Shown here piece by piece: positions 50,749 through 59,194 of a DNA stretch of 64,000 nt; the first letter of the stretch is position 1, and the number at the start of each line of letters is the position of its first letter. The notes beneath the pieces were generated by a model. The model was given only the letters and a program-made list of their open reading frames with translations. It had not been told where the DNA came from and made no database searches. Location: contig CAZFCG010000002.1 of NCBI GenBank assembly GCA_964517595.1, forward strand, positions 23,744 through 87,743, read 5' to 3'. This DNA is from an uncultured Geobacter sp. GTDB taxonomy: Bacteria > Desulfobacterota > Desulfuromonadia > Geobacterales > Geobacteraceae. The translations under genes were made by a program, and so were the position numbers.

Positions 50749-50772
50749 CCGCATTTTTTCCAGGGAGAGCAA

Positions 50773-51135
50773 CTATCTGGAAAAAAGCATCTTGAGGGAG
50801 ATAAGCAGCAGCGCCAGCCCGAACATCTTTTCAAGATAGAACCTGGGAAGGGTGATGGCCAGCTTCGCGCCGAAATAGCTTCCCAGAACGAACCCGATGC
50901 AGATGATTGCCGCGGCTTTCAGGTCCACATACCCGTGGGAATGGTAGGCCCAGGCGGCCAGAATGCCGATGGGGGGAACCATCAGAGCGACGGTTGTACC
51001 TTGGGCTGCGTGCTGGGAAAAACCGAACAGAATTACCAGTGCAGGGACGACGATAATCCCTCCCCCGATGCCTACGAGACCGCTCAGGACTCCTGCGATA
51101 ATACCCAGTACGATAAATGCGGGGATCTGTTCCAT
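50773..51135 (-). CDS. half-size (4-TM) TauE/SafE (TSUP) family anion exporter
   Basis: With start at MEQIPAF: GIIAGVLSGLVGIGGGIIVVPALV, AQGTTVALMVPP, and four hydrophobic helices in 120 aa. Confidence 0.8.
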   Translation of the reverse strand: MEQIPAFIVLGIIAGVLSGLVGIGGGIIVVPALVILFGFSQHAAQGTTVALMVPPIGILAAWAYHSHGYVDLKAAAIICIGFVLGSYFGAKLAITLPRFYLEKMFGLALLLISLKMLFSR

Positions 51136-51382
51136 GTAGCGTAATCCTTTCCCTGCGCCCGATTGCGCATCAATTGAAGTCAAGTATACCGGACTCGCCC
51201 GTGACGAAAAAGAGATTAATCCCGGCCCGCCGCGCCTTTCTTCCGGGCAAGGTATTTTTTTTCGCATATGGCCAGGGGAACAGACGCGGGCCGGATTGTG
51301 GCATGCGGATTTTTCTGTTACCTTTACCTTTACCTTGGATTTCCGGCGCGGGTACGGAAAAGACGGTTAGAAAGGAAAGGGC

Positions 51383-53368
51383 ATGGATTACGCGCTTTTG
51401 CAGGACATGGAGATACTGTTCGGTCTCGCAGTCACCACGGTGATTATTTTCCGGCGCCTGATGTTTCCTTCGATAATAGGCTTTCTGGCCGCCGGCATTC
51501 TCGCCGGCCCCCATACGCTGGGGCTTATCAAGAATATCCACCAGGTCGAACAGATGGCCGAGATCGGCGTGGTGCTGCTGTTGTTTACCATCGGCATCGA
51601 ATTCTCTCTGAAGGAGCTGATGCGCATCAAGCACCTGGTACTGCTGGGGGGGGGATTGCAGGTTGGTATGACTATCCTCCTTACGGCGCTGATAGGGATT
51701 GCGTTTGATTTTTCCATGCCGCAATCCATCTTTTTCGGTTTTCTGGTGGCCCTTTCCAGCACCGCCATCCTCATGAAACTTCTCATGGATGCCGGAGAGG
51801 CGGACGCGCCCCACGGCAAGATGGCCATGGGAATCCTCATATTCCAGGACCTGTGTGTTGTGCCGTTGATGCTTTTCGTCCCTTTCCTCGCCGGCGCCGG
51901 CGATGGTGTCGCCGGCATACTTACCGTAAGCGCCAAGGCCGCCGCCGTGGTGCTGCTGGTCCACTACGGCGCCCGCTTCCTCGTCCCCTGGATATTCGGG
52001 CAGGTGGTCAAGGTCAGGAGCCGCGAACTTTTTCTGCTCACGATCCTTTTCATCGGCTTCGGCACCGCCTGGATAACCGCCCAGGTCGGCCTTTCCCTGG
52101 CGCTGGGCGCGTTTATCGCAGGCCTTGCCATTTCCGAATCGGAATACAGCCACCAGGCCCTGGGCGATATCATGCCCTTTCGCGACGCCTTCATGTCGTT
52201 GTTCTTCATCTCCGTCGGCATGCTCCTGGATCCGCTTGTTGTCCTCAAGCACCCGTTGCTCATCGTCTCCCTGGTGATTACCATCATCCTGATAAAGACC
52301 CTCGTGACGACCGGCGCCGCCATGGCCCTCGGAATCTCCATGCGCATTGCCCTCATAAGCGGACTCTGTCTTGCCCAGATTGGAGAATTTTCCTTCGTGC
52401 TGTTCCAGTCGGGGATGAAGGCAGGCCTTCTCAGCGCGGACCTGTACCAGATCTTTCTGGCCGCTTCCGTGGCGACCATGGGCCTGACTCCTCTCTGCAT
52501 GAAGTTTTCCGCGCCGCTTGCCGACAGGATCGTCGCCTTCCTGCCCCATAACCTCACCCGCGGGAGAGGGGTGCTGGCCCGCCGCGAGCACAAGATGACC
52601 GTCTCCGATCACGTGATCATCGTCGGTTACGGTCTGAATGGAAGAAACCTCGCCCGTGTATTGAAGCATTTCAAGATAGACCATGTGGTCATCGAGACAA
52701 ATCCCTACACGGTGAAGACGGAACGCAAGAAGGGATCACATATCATCTTTGGCGATGGCTCCAGCAGCGAGATCCTCACCCACGCCAATATCCACCGTGC
52801 GCGCATCATCGTTATCGCCATATCCGACGCCGCTTCCAGCAGGCGCATCGCAGCCCAGGCACGCCAGATGAACCCCGGGATACATGTCATCGTCAGGACC
52901 CGCTACATCCTGGAGATGGAACCGCTTTACAAACTGGGAGTTAACGAGGTCATTCCGGAGGAGTTCGAGACATCCATCGAGATCCTGTCCCGGGTGCTGC
53001 GGAAGTACCTCCTCACCCACGACCAGATTGAACGGTGCATTTCGCAGGTCCGGGGAGACTCCTACGAGATGTTCCGCACCATGAGCCGCAGGCACAGCCA
53101 TGCGGTGGGGATATCGGGTTTCCTCACCGGAGCGGAACTGGGCACCTTCCGCGTCGGGCCTGAGTCGCCCATGGTGGGCACGAGCCTGCGGGATGGCGTT
53201 CTCCGTGATCGTTCCGGGGCTACTCTCCTCATGATAAAGCGCGGAGACGAGGTCATTCCCAACCCGGACCCGATCTGGGAGATTCGAGAGGATGATATGG
53301 TACTCATCATCGGGACTCCGGAGCAGTTGGCCGCGGCCGCGGGACTGTTCGAACACGGGGATAGTTGA
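51383..53368 (+). CDS. CPA2-family monovalent cation:proton antiporter (KefB/KefC-like) with RCK domains
   Basis: About 13 TM Na_H exchanger core (GFLAAGILAGPHTLG, EIGVVLLLFTIGIEFS). TrkA-N Rossmann IIVGYGLNGRNLARVL and a TrkA-C-like C-terminus. Confidence 0.92.
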   Translation: MDYALLQDMEILFGLAVTTVIIFRRLMFPSIIGFLAAGILAGPHTLGLIKNIHQVEQMAEIGVVLLLFTIGIEFSLKELMRIKHLVLLGGGLQVGMTILLTALIGIAFDFSMPQSIFFGFLVALSSTAILMKLLMDAGEADAPHGKMAMGILIFQDLCVVPLMLFVPFLAGAGDGVAGILTVSAKAAAVVLLVHYGARFLVPWIFGQVVKVRSRELFLLTILFIGFGTAWITAQVGLSLALGAFIAGLAISESEYSHQALGDIMPFRDAFMSLFFISVGMLLDPLVVLKHPLLIVSLVITIILIKTLVTTGAAMALGISMRIALISGLCLAQIGEFSFVLFQSGMKAGLLSADLYQIFLAASVATMGLTPLCMKFSAPLADRIVAFLPHNLTRGRGVLARREHKMTVSDHVIIVGYGLNGRNLARVLKHFKIDHVVIETNPYTVKTERKKGSHIIFGDGSSSEILTHANIHRARIIVIAISDAASSRRIAAQARQMNPGIHVIVRTRYILEMEPLYKLGVNEVIPEEFETSIEILSRVLRKYLLTHDQIERCISQVRGDSYEMFRTMSRRHSHAVGISGFLTGAELGTFRVGPESPMVGTSLRDGVLRDRSGATLLMIKRGDEVIPNPDPIWEIREDDMVLIIGTPEQLAAAAGLFEHGDS

Positions 53369-53431
53369 GGGCAAAACGAGCGGAATCTGATAATATCCGT
53401 CCGGTTTTCAACATCGGCGGCTCTAACCAAA

Positions 53432-53552
53432 ATGATCTCGCAAATTCTATCTGTCATGCCCGAATTACTTTATCGAGCATCCATGATTCCAATAGGTTAC
53501 AGTCTGAATTCCTGATCAATATCGGCTCGGGAATGACAATTTGCGAGAGCGT
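53432..53552 (-). mobile_element. 121-bp MITE-like element, copy B (inverted relative to copy A)
   Basis: Same length, 12 mismatches and no indels versus copy A. Flanking 8-mers taaccaaa / ctaccaag match at 5/8 positions (degenerate duplication). Confidence 0.7.
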
Positions 53553-53569
53553 CTACCAAGGAGGAGCAT

Positions 53570-54052
53570 ATGGAATTACGAGCGATAGCAGTAGACTTTC
53601 CGGAAGGATGCAATATCATCCTGGGACAGACCCACTTTATCAAGACCGCGGAGGACCTTTTCGAGATCATCGCCACAACGGTCCCCGGCGCTCGCTTCGG
53701 CGTGGCCTTCACGGAAGCGTCAGGTCCCTGTCTCATCAGGACCGAGGGGAGCGATGCCGACCTGACCGGCCGTTGCGCGGCCATCCTTCAGGAACTGGGC
53801 GCCGGTCACGTGTTTTGCGTCCTGCTGAAGGACGCCTTTCCCATTAATGTGCTGAACCAGATAAAAAATTGTCCGGAGGTGTGCGGGATATTCTGCGCCA
53901 CCGCCAACCCCCTTGAGGTCCTGGTGGCGGAGACCGCCCGGGGGAGGGGAATCGTGGGCGTAGTGGACGGTTTTTCCCCAAAGGGAGTGGAGACCTGTGA
54001 AGACCGGGAGAACAGGAAGGCGCTGCTGCGTAGAATCGGATACAAACTATGA
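53570..54052 (+). CDS. adenosine-specific kinase family protein (PF04008-like)
   Basis: GCNIILGQTHFIKTAEDLFE, FGVAFTEASGPCLIR, GAGHVFCVLLKDAFPINVLN, CATANPLEVLVAET..GRGIVGVVDG matches my recollection of this family. Confidence 0.75.
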   Translation: MELRAIAVDFPEGCNIILGQTHFIKTAEDLFEIIATTVPGARFGVAFTEASGPCLIRTEGSDADLTGRCAAILQELGAGHVFCVLLKDAFPINVLNQIKNCPEVCGIFCATANPLEVLVAETARGRGIVGVVDGFSPKGVETCEDRENRKALLRRIGYKL

Positions 54053-54073
54053 AACCGGGAGGGAGCTATAGCC

Positions 54074-54475
54074 ATGGTAAACTATATCCGGGTTGAAAGC
54101 CGCGCGCGTAACGAGCTTGTGGACATAACCGGCCAGGTGCGGGAACTGGTGGATAAGTCCGGCGTGTCCAGCGGGGTGTGCCGCCTCTTTTCCATGCATA
54201 CCACCGGCGCCATTACCGTCAACGAGGGAGCTGACCCGGCGGTGCGTTCGGATATCGCCTGCTTTCTGTCGAAACTGGTTCCCGTTGACGGACCCTTTTC
54301 CCACGGCGAGGGAAACTCCGACGCCCATGTGAAGACGTCTCTGGTCGGTCCTTCGGAAACCATACTTATCGAGGGAGGAAGGCTGCTCCTGGGTACATGG
54401 CAGGCCGTCTTTTTCTGCGAGTTCGACGGGCCCCGTTCCCGGAAGGTGGCGGTAAGGATAGCGTCGGATGATTAA
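54074..54475 (+). CDS. yjbQ: secondary thiamine-phosphate synthase enzyme YjbQ (UPF0047)
   Basis: DITGQV, SMHTTGAITVNEGADP, HGEGNSDAHVKTSLVG, LGTWQAVFFCEFDGPR. Confidence 0.9.
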   Translation: MVNYIRVESRARNELVDITGQVRELVDKSGVSSGVCRLFSMHTTGAITVNEGADPAVRSDIACFLSKLVPVDGPFSHGEGNSDAHVKTSLVGPSETILIEGGRLLLGTWQAVFFCEFDGPRSRKVAVRIASDD

Positions 54476-54584
54476 CCGGTGGAGTTCCGAGACGAGTTGT
54501 GGTACCTACGTATCACGTCCGGGACTTACGGCCGCCGTCATCGGTACGGAAGCTGGGCCTCATATTGGCAAGGAGGATTGCGTA

Positions 54585-54818
54585 ATGAGTTTTTCAAGAA
54601 TGTGCGTGTTGTTCGTTTTGCTGGCCGGTGTTGTTTTCGCGGGATGCTGTGGTCCGGGTGGAGGGGCGAAGGTGGAGACCAAGAGCGTGACCACCACGAA
54701 ATCCCTCGGGGAGCAGCTTATTGATCTGCAGAAGGCCTATGAGAGCGGAGCAATTACCGAGAGCCAGTACAAGGACCTGAAGAAGAAGACCATCCAACAG
54801 AGCACCGAAGGAAATTAG
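54585..54818 (+). CDS. small lipoprotein with SHOCT-like C-terminus
   Basis: AAGGAGGA RBS, lipobox LLAGVVFAGC, and C-terminal LIDLQKAYESGAITESQYKDLKKK. Confidence 0.6.
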   Translation: MSFSRMCVLFVLLAGVVFAGCCGPGGGAKVETKSVTTTKSLGEQLIDLQKAYESGAITESQYKDLKKKTIQQSTEGN

Positions 54819-54831
54819 GGGGATACTGCCC

Positions 54832-55254
54832 TTGGATGCGCCAATCCGTCGTGCCCTGACGATTATCGCGGTACTGTCGGCCGCGGTACTGATCTTTGCC
54901 CTGCCAGCGCTTTCCTCGCCGGAAAGGATGAGGGCGCCGGACTCGAAACCTGCTAGAGAAGTAGCGCCGCTTGAACCGGAAACCTCGGTTACGCGGCTCT
55001 TTTTTCTGGGGGCGGTTGGCGTGTTCCAGAGTTACATATCGCCTACGGACGGTGATCGGTGCGGCTTTTTCCCTTCCTGCTCGGCCTTCGGGCGGGCGGC
55101 GGTGGACCGCAAAGGCCCTCTGCTGGGTGTCATCATCACTGCCGACAGGCTGATGCGTTGCACCATGTTCAAGCATCCGGGTCCGGATTACCTCCTCCTG
55201 TCTGACGGGAGGCTCTTTGATCCGCTGGAGAACAACCTCCTTTGGCTGCAATGA
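54832..55254 (+). CDS. YidD-like (DUF37) membrane protein insertion efficiency factor homologue with N-terminal extension
   Basis: FQSYISPTDGDRCGFFPSCSAFGRAAVDRKGPLLGVIITADRLMRC fits the YidD motif. Has a signal/TM-like N-terminus. Confidence 0.7.
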   Translation: MDAPIRRALTIIAVLSAAVLIFALPALSSPERMRAPDSKPAREVAPLEPETSVTRLFFLGAVGVFQSYISPTDGDRCGFFPSCSAFGRAAVDRKGPLLGVIITADRLMRCTMFKHPGPDYLLLSDGRLFDPLENNLLWLQ

Positions 55255-56189
55255 GATATTTTTTCGCGACCATAATGGCTTTCCTTTTCCTTGCTTCCCC
55301 TTGCCTCTCCCAAGAGTCCGCCGGGGGGCAGGGGATATACATCACCGAGGAAGTGCAACTGAGGCTGGGAGACGTTTTTTTCTCGGAGGGTGAGTACTAC
55401 CGCGCCATTACCGAATACAAGAAGTTCGCCATCCTCTTTCCCGCCTCGGACAAGACAGCCTATGCGCTTTTCCGAACCGGACTTGCCTGCTATCTGGGCG
55501 AGGAGTACGCGGATGCGGCGCAGGTCTTCGCCGTCCTGCGCGGGGACTATCCCGGGAGCGAATTCAGCGAACCATCACTCTTCTTCGAGGGGATCGCCCG
55601 CTGGAAGAAGAAGGAGTACCAGGATGCGGCGCTTCTGTTCGAGCAGCTCGCCAGAGGGGGAGCTGCTTCCGGATTCGCGCCCAGGGCGTCCGCCGCGAAG
55701 GCGATGCTGGAACTGGATATGGACGAAGTAAACGGCGCGCGCGCAGAGCTTGAGCGCTTTCTCGCTTCATTTCCCGGACATGCGGGCGAGCCGGATGTGC
55801 GGGAAGCCCTGGCCCTTTTCGATGAATACGAACATCTGCCGAGAAAATCTGAGATTCTGGCGGGCATCCTGTCCGCCATTCTTCCGGGAAGCGGTTATGT
55901 ATACGCCGGCCGCTACGCTGACGGGCTTACGGCTTTTCTCCTGAATGGTCTGTTCATAGCGGGAACCGTCATGGCCGTGCAGAACCAGTGGTATCCGGCG
56001 GCTGGGCTGACCGGCGGCATTGGGTTGCCTTTCTACCTGGGAAACATCTACGGCTCCGCCAATGCGGCCGCGCGCTGGAATGCCTCGGTAAAGAGAGAGG
56101 CGCGCGCCGGAATAGCCCGGCGCCTGGATCCGATCATCGACGCAAAGGGTATCCCCGCACCCGTTTACGGGGTCGGCACGCCCCGCTAG
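55251..56189 (+). CDS. TPR-repeat protein with C-terminal two-TM region
   Basis: The ATG overlaps the yidD-like stop (ATGA). Signal peptide, TPR-like helices (EGEYYRAITEYKKF, EEYADAAQVF, KEYQDAALLF), then ILPGSGYVYAGRYADG and hydrophobic segments. Confidence 0.6.
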   Translation: MRYFFATIMAFLFLASPCLSQESAGGQGIYITEEVQLRLGDVFFSEGEYYRAITEYKKFAILFPASDKTAYALFRTGLACYLGEEYADAAQVFAVLRGDYPGSEFSEPSLFFEGIARWKKKEYQDAALLFEQLARGGAASGFAPRASAAKAMLELDMDEVNGARAELERFLASFPGHAGEPDVREALALFDEYEHLPRKSEILAGILSAILPGSGYVYAGRYADGLTAFLLNGLFIAGTVMAVQNQWYPAAGLTGGIGLPFYLGNIYGSANAAARWNASVKREARAGIARRLDPIIDAKGIPAPVYGVGTPR

Positions 56190-56306
56190 CGGAGCGGGGA
56201 ATTTGTTGTAGTGCTAATAAACCTGGAGCGTGAGTTCCAAGGCGACATGGCGTCACTGCACCCCGGGATGACCGGCGTCCAGTGAATCGATGTGAAAGGA
56301 AATCCC

Positions 56307-57383
56307 ATGTATATCGTAATCCTCGCCGGAGGTTCCGGCACCCGCTTCTGGCCGCTTTCTCGAAAGAAAACACCGAAACAGCTCATGTCGGTTTTCGGGG
56401 GAAGTTCCATGCTCCAGCGGACCGTCCAACGGGTGCTGCCGTTGAAGCCGGAACGGATCCTGGTGGTGACCAATTCCCTTCAGGCGGAGGAGACGGCCTG
56501 CCAGCTCTCCTTTGTTAAAGAGGACATCGTATCCATAGTGGAAGAACCCCTGGCGCGAAACACCGCGCCGGCAATCGGACTGGCCGCGGCCATCATGGAA
56601 CGGACTGATCCGGCGGCGGTGATGGCGGTCCTGCCGGCTGATCATTACATCCAGAATGAAGAGGAATTCCGCGACACGCTGCTCAAGGCGGAGAAGGAGG
56701 CTTCCCGCCTCAATCTGGTGACCCTGGGGATTGTTCCGACACGGCCGGAAACCGGGTTCGGCTATATCGAGGCGGATACCGGTTCCGGCAAAGACGGGAT
56801 TTTTCCGGTGCGGCGTTTCGTGGAAAAGCCCTGCCTGGAGAAGGCCCGTGAATATCTGGAATCCGGCGACTATTTCTGGAACAGCGGCATGTTTGTCTGG
56901 CGCGCGGATGTGATCCTGGATCGAATCCGTATCCATATGCCGGATCTGTCGGCAGGTCTTTCCGTGCTGCGAATCCCGGCATCCATAGATCATCTGTCGT
57001 CCCTGCGCGGGGAGGTCGCGGACCTATATGGCCGGATAAAGGCCGAATCCATTGATTACGGCGTGATGGAGAAGGCGGATGGTGTTGTTGTCATCCCCTC
57101 GTCCTTCGGCTGGAGCGACGTGGGAAGCTGGAGCGCGCTGCCGGAGGTCATGAAGCCCGATGGGGAAGGGAACGTGTTCATCGATGGCGGCAGGGTAATA
57201 TCTCTTGATTCCAGAGACAATCTGGTGCGGGGCCACGGAAGGATGATAGCCCTCGTGGGGGTAGAAGGACTGGTCGTGGTGGATACTGGCGATGCGCTCC
57301 TTATTTGCCCGAGGGATCGCGCCCAGGATGTGAAAAAGGTAACGGAGGCGCTGGAAGAGAGGGGGCTCACTGAGCTCCTGTGA
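56307..57383 (+). CDS. mannose-1-phosphate guanylyltransferase
   Basis: MYIVILAGGSGTRFWPLSR, PADHYI, GYGYIE-like GFGYIE, YFWNSGMFVW, DYGVMEK. Confidence 0.9.
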   Translation: MYIVILAGGSGTRFWPLSRKKTPKQLMSVFGGSSMLQRTVQRVLPLKPERILVVTNSLQAEETACQLSFVKEDIVSIVEEPLARNTAPAIGLAAAIMERTDPAAVMAVLPADHYIQNEEEFRDTLLKAEKEASRLNLVTLGIVPTRPETGFGYIEADTGSGKDGIFPVRRFVEKPCLEKAREYLESGDYFWNSGMFVWRADVILDRIRIHMPDLSAGLSVLRIPASIDHLSSLRGEVADLYGRIKAESIDYGVMEKADGVVVIPSSFGWSDVGSWSALPEVMKPDGEGNVFIDGGRVISLDSRDNLVRGHGRMIALVGVEGLVVVDTGDALLICPRDRAQDVKKVTEALEERGLTELL

Positions 57384-57416
57384 TTCGCCGTGGCGCCTGC
57401 CGGTGTTTCATGCCGC

Positions 57417-57914
57417 CTACATGTAAACCATGATGCGGAATGATATGTTGCCGTCAATGGACTTGAACGGGATGGTAACTCCCTTGCACTGGATATTCAT
57501 GCTGGTGCTTTCGGCAGGCTCGGGCGGTTCGCTCACCGGCCGGATCTTTCCTGATACAACCAGAGGCAGGCCGAGGGCGACGCTGCCGTATTGCTCGTGA
57601 TATTTGCTCTTGAAAACCCCGGCGATGTTGTTGGTGAGTTCGCCGATGGAATCGCGGATTGCCTCTTCATCGGCGTCATCCATCATCAGGAGCTCCTTTG
57701 CGACCATGCAGGCCGCGCGTTTGTCGGTGGCGTACATGATATAGCCGACCCGGTCTCCCGCCACTCCGACGATGCCGACCACGTCGGACTCCACCGGCTC
57801 GATCTTTTTCTCGATTTTTCCGGCCAGTATCTCCATGCCCATGTAGCTCATGAAGGTGTCCTGGGTTGCCGACATGATGGTGAACATGATCTCCTCAAAG
57901 GTTATTCCAGACAT
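57417..57914 (-). CDS. cheX: CheX-like chemotaxis phosphatase
   Basis: 165 aa from ATG 57914 (GGGAGGAA RBS). DVVGIVGVAGDRVGYIMY, GELTNNIAGVFK, typical CheX/CheC-like fold signature. Confidence 0.7.
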   Translation of the reverse strand: MSGITFEEIMFTIMSATQDTFMSYMGMEILAGKIEKKIEPVESDVVGIVGVAGDRVGYIMYATDKRAACMVAKELLMMDDADEEAIRDSIGELTNNIAGVFKSKYHEQYGSVALGLPLVVSGKIRPVSEPPEPAESTSMNIQCKGVTIPFKSIDGNISFRIMVYM

Positions 57915-57951
57915 GCGGTTTTCCTCCCTGGTTTTATATATGCTTGTTTTC

Positions 57952-57978
57952 TTATCGAGCGATCCGGGGAAAAGTTTA
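57952..57978 (-). promoter_or_regulatory. sigma-28 (FliA) promoter upstream of cheX
   Basis: The minus strand reads TAAACTTT-N11-CTCGATAA, versus consensus TAAAGTTT-N11-GCCGATAA. It ends 38 nt upstream of the ATG. Confidence 0.5.
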
Positions 57979-58138
57979 ATGCTTTGATGCGCTTTTTCTT
58001 TCTTGCCGCGCATCAGTTGGTGTCCATCAGGAAACCCCGGATGGAAACCGTTGACACGGCAGTCCGGGTTGACAAAAAGTCATGTGCCGTTTACCGTAAC
58101 ATACCCTTTCCAGAATACAAGTCTCAGAGGAGCAGCCA

Positions 58139-59176
58139 ATGAAAATTGCACTGCTGGGCCTTCCCCAGTCGGGGAAAAAAACCCTGTTCACCCTTCTCAC
58201 CGGAAGAGAGGTTCCGGAACACGTCAACGAGGGAGAGTCCCTTGAAGGCGTGGCGCCCATCCGCGATCCCCGTGTCGACGTCCTGACGGAGATAGCCAGG
58301 CCGGAAAAGACGAGGTACGCAGAGAACAAGGTGGTTCTCTGCCCGGATATGTCCGAGGGTACCGGCAAGCGGGACTGGCTGGACGCTGCCAGGCGCTGCG
58401 ACCTCCTCTGTCTCGTGGTTCGGGACTTTGCCTCCGGGAGCGTCTATCACCCGCTGGGTTCCATTGACGCCGAGCGTGACCGCCGGACTCTGGAAACGGA
58501 ATTGCTTCTGGCCGACCTTGAGCTGGTCGAGAAACGCCTGGAGAGGCTTGCCAAGGAGAAAAAGGGGGGCAAGACCCAGGCCCAGGCCAAGGAGGAGGAA
58601 ATCCTCCTGCAATGCCGGGAGGCCGTGGAGAATGAGCGGGGCGTTAATACTTTGGGTCTGGGCGGTGAGGACCTGGATGTCATCCGAAGCCTGAACCTGG
58701 TCACCCTTATGCCGATTCTTCTGATCCGGAACGTAGATGAAGACAGGGTCGGCCGCGCCGATGATGGAGACGGGAACGTTTTTATCATATCCGCCCTCAT
58801 TGAAAAGGAGATTATGGAGATGGGCGATCCCGCGGAGCGGGACGAATACCTCAAGGCCATCGGACTGGAATCCTCGGGCCTTGACCGCCTGAACGCAGCG
58901 GCCTATGACGCCCTGGGTCTCATGTCCTTCTACACCATGGGCAAGGACGAGGTGCGCGCCTGGACCATCCGGAAGGGAACTTCCGCGCCGGTCGCGGGGG
59001 GGAAGATCCACAGCGACATACAGCGAGGTTTCATCCGGGTGGAGGTTATCAAGTACGATGACCTGGTGGCGGCCGGGAGCGAGGCGGCGGCCAAGACCCT
59101 GGGCAAGGCCTACCTGAAGGGGAAGGACTACATCATGGAGGACGGCGATATCTGCCATTTCCGCTTCAACGTGTAA
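58139..59176 (+). CDS. YchF-like (DUF933 C-terminal domain) P-loop NTPase paralogue
   Basis: MKIALLGLPQSGKKTLF, IRNVDED, C-terminal MSFYTMGKDEVRAWTIRKGTSAPVAGGKIHSDIQRGFIRVEVIKYDDL...DGDICHFRFNV. Confidence 0.85.
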   Translation: MKIALLGLPQSGKKTLFTLLTGREVPEHVNEGESLEGVAPIRDPRVDVLTEIARPEKTRYAENKVVLCPDMSEGTGKRDWLDAARRCDLLCLVVRDFASGSVYHPLGSIDAERDRRTLETELLLADLELVEKRLERLAKEKKGGKTQAQAKEEEILLQCREAVENERGVNTLGLGGEDLDVIRSLNLVTLMPILLIRNVDEDRVGRADDGDGNVFIISALIEKEIMEMGDPAERDEYLKAIGLESSGLDRLNAAAYDALGLMSFYTMGKDEVRAWTIRKGTSAPVAGGKIHSDIQRGFIRVEVIKYDDLVAAGSEAAAKTLGKAYLKGKDYIMEDGDICHFRFNV

Positions 59177-59194
59177 GGCGGGGATGATGGGCTG

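Noticed and set aside
49513-52684. Two long minus-strand ORFs (419 aa at 49513-50772, 504 aa at 51170-52684) antisense to the ALDH and KefB-like genes
   Set aside because: The sense-strand proteins carry complete family motifs. The antisense translations are low-complexity (R/G/H/E-rich) with no RBS, so they are shadow ORFs.
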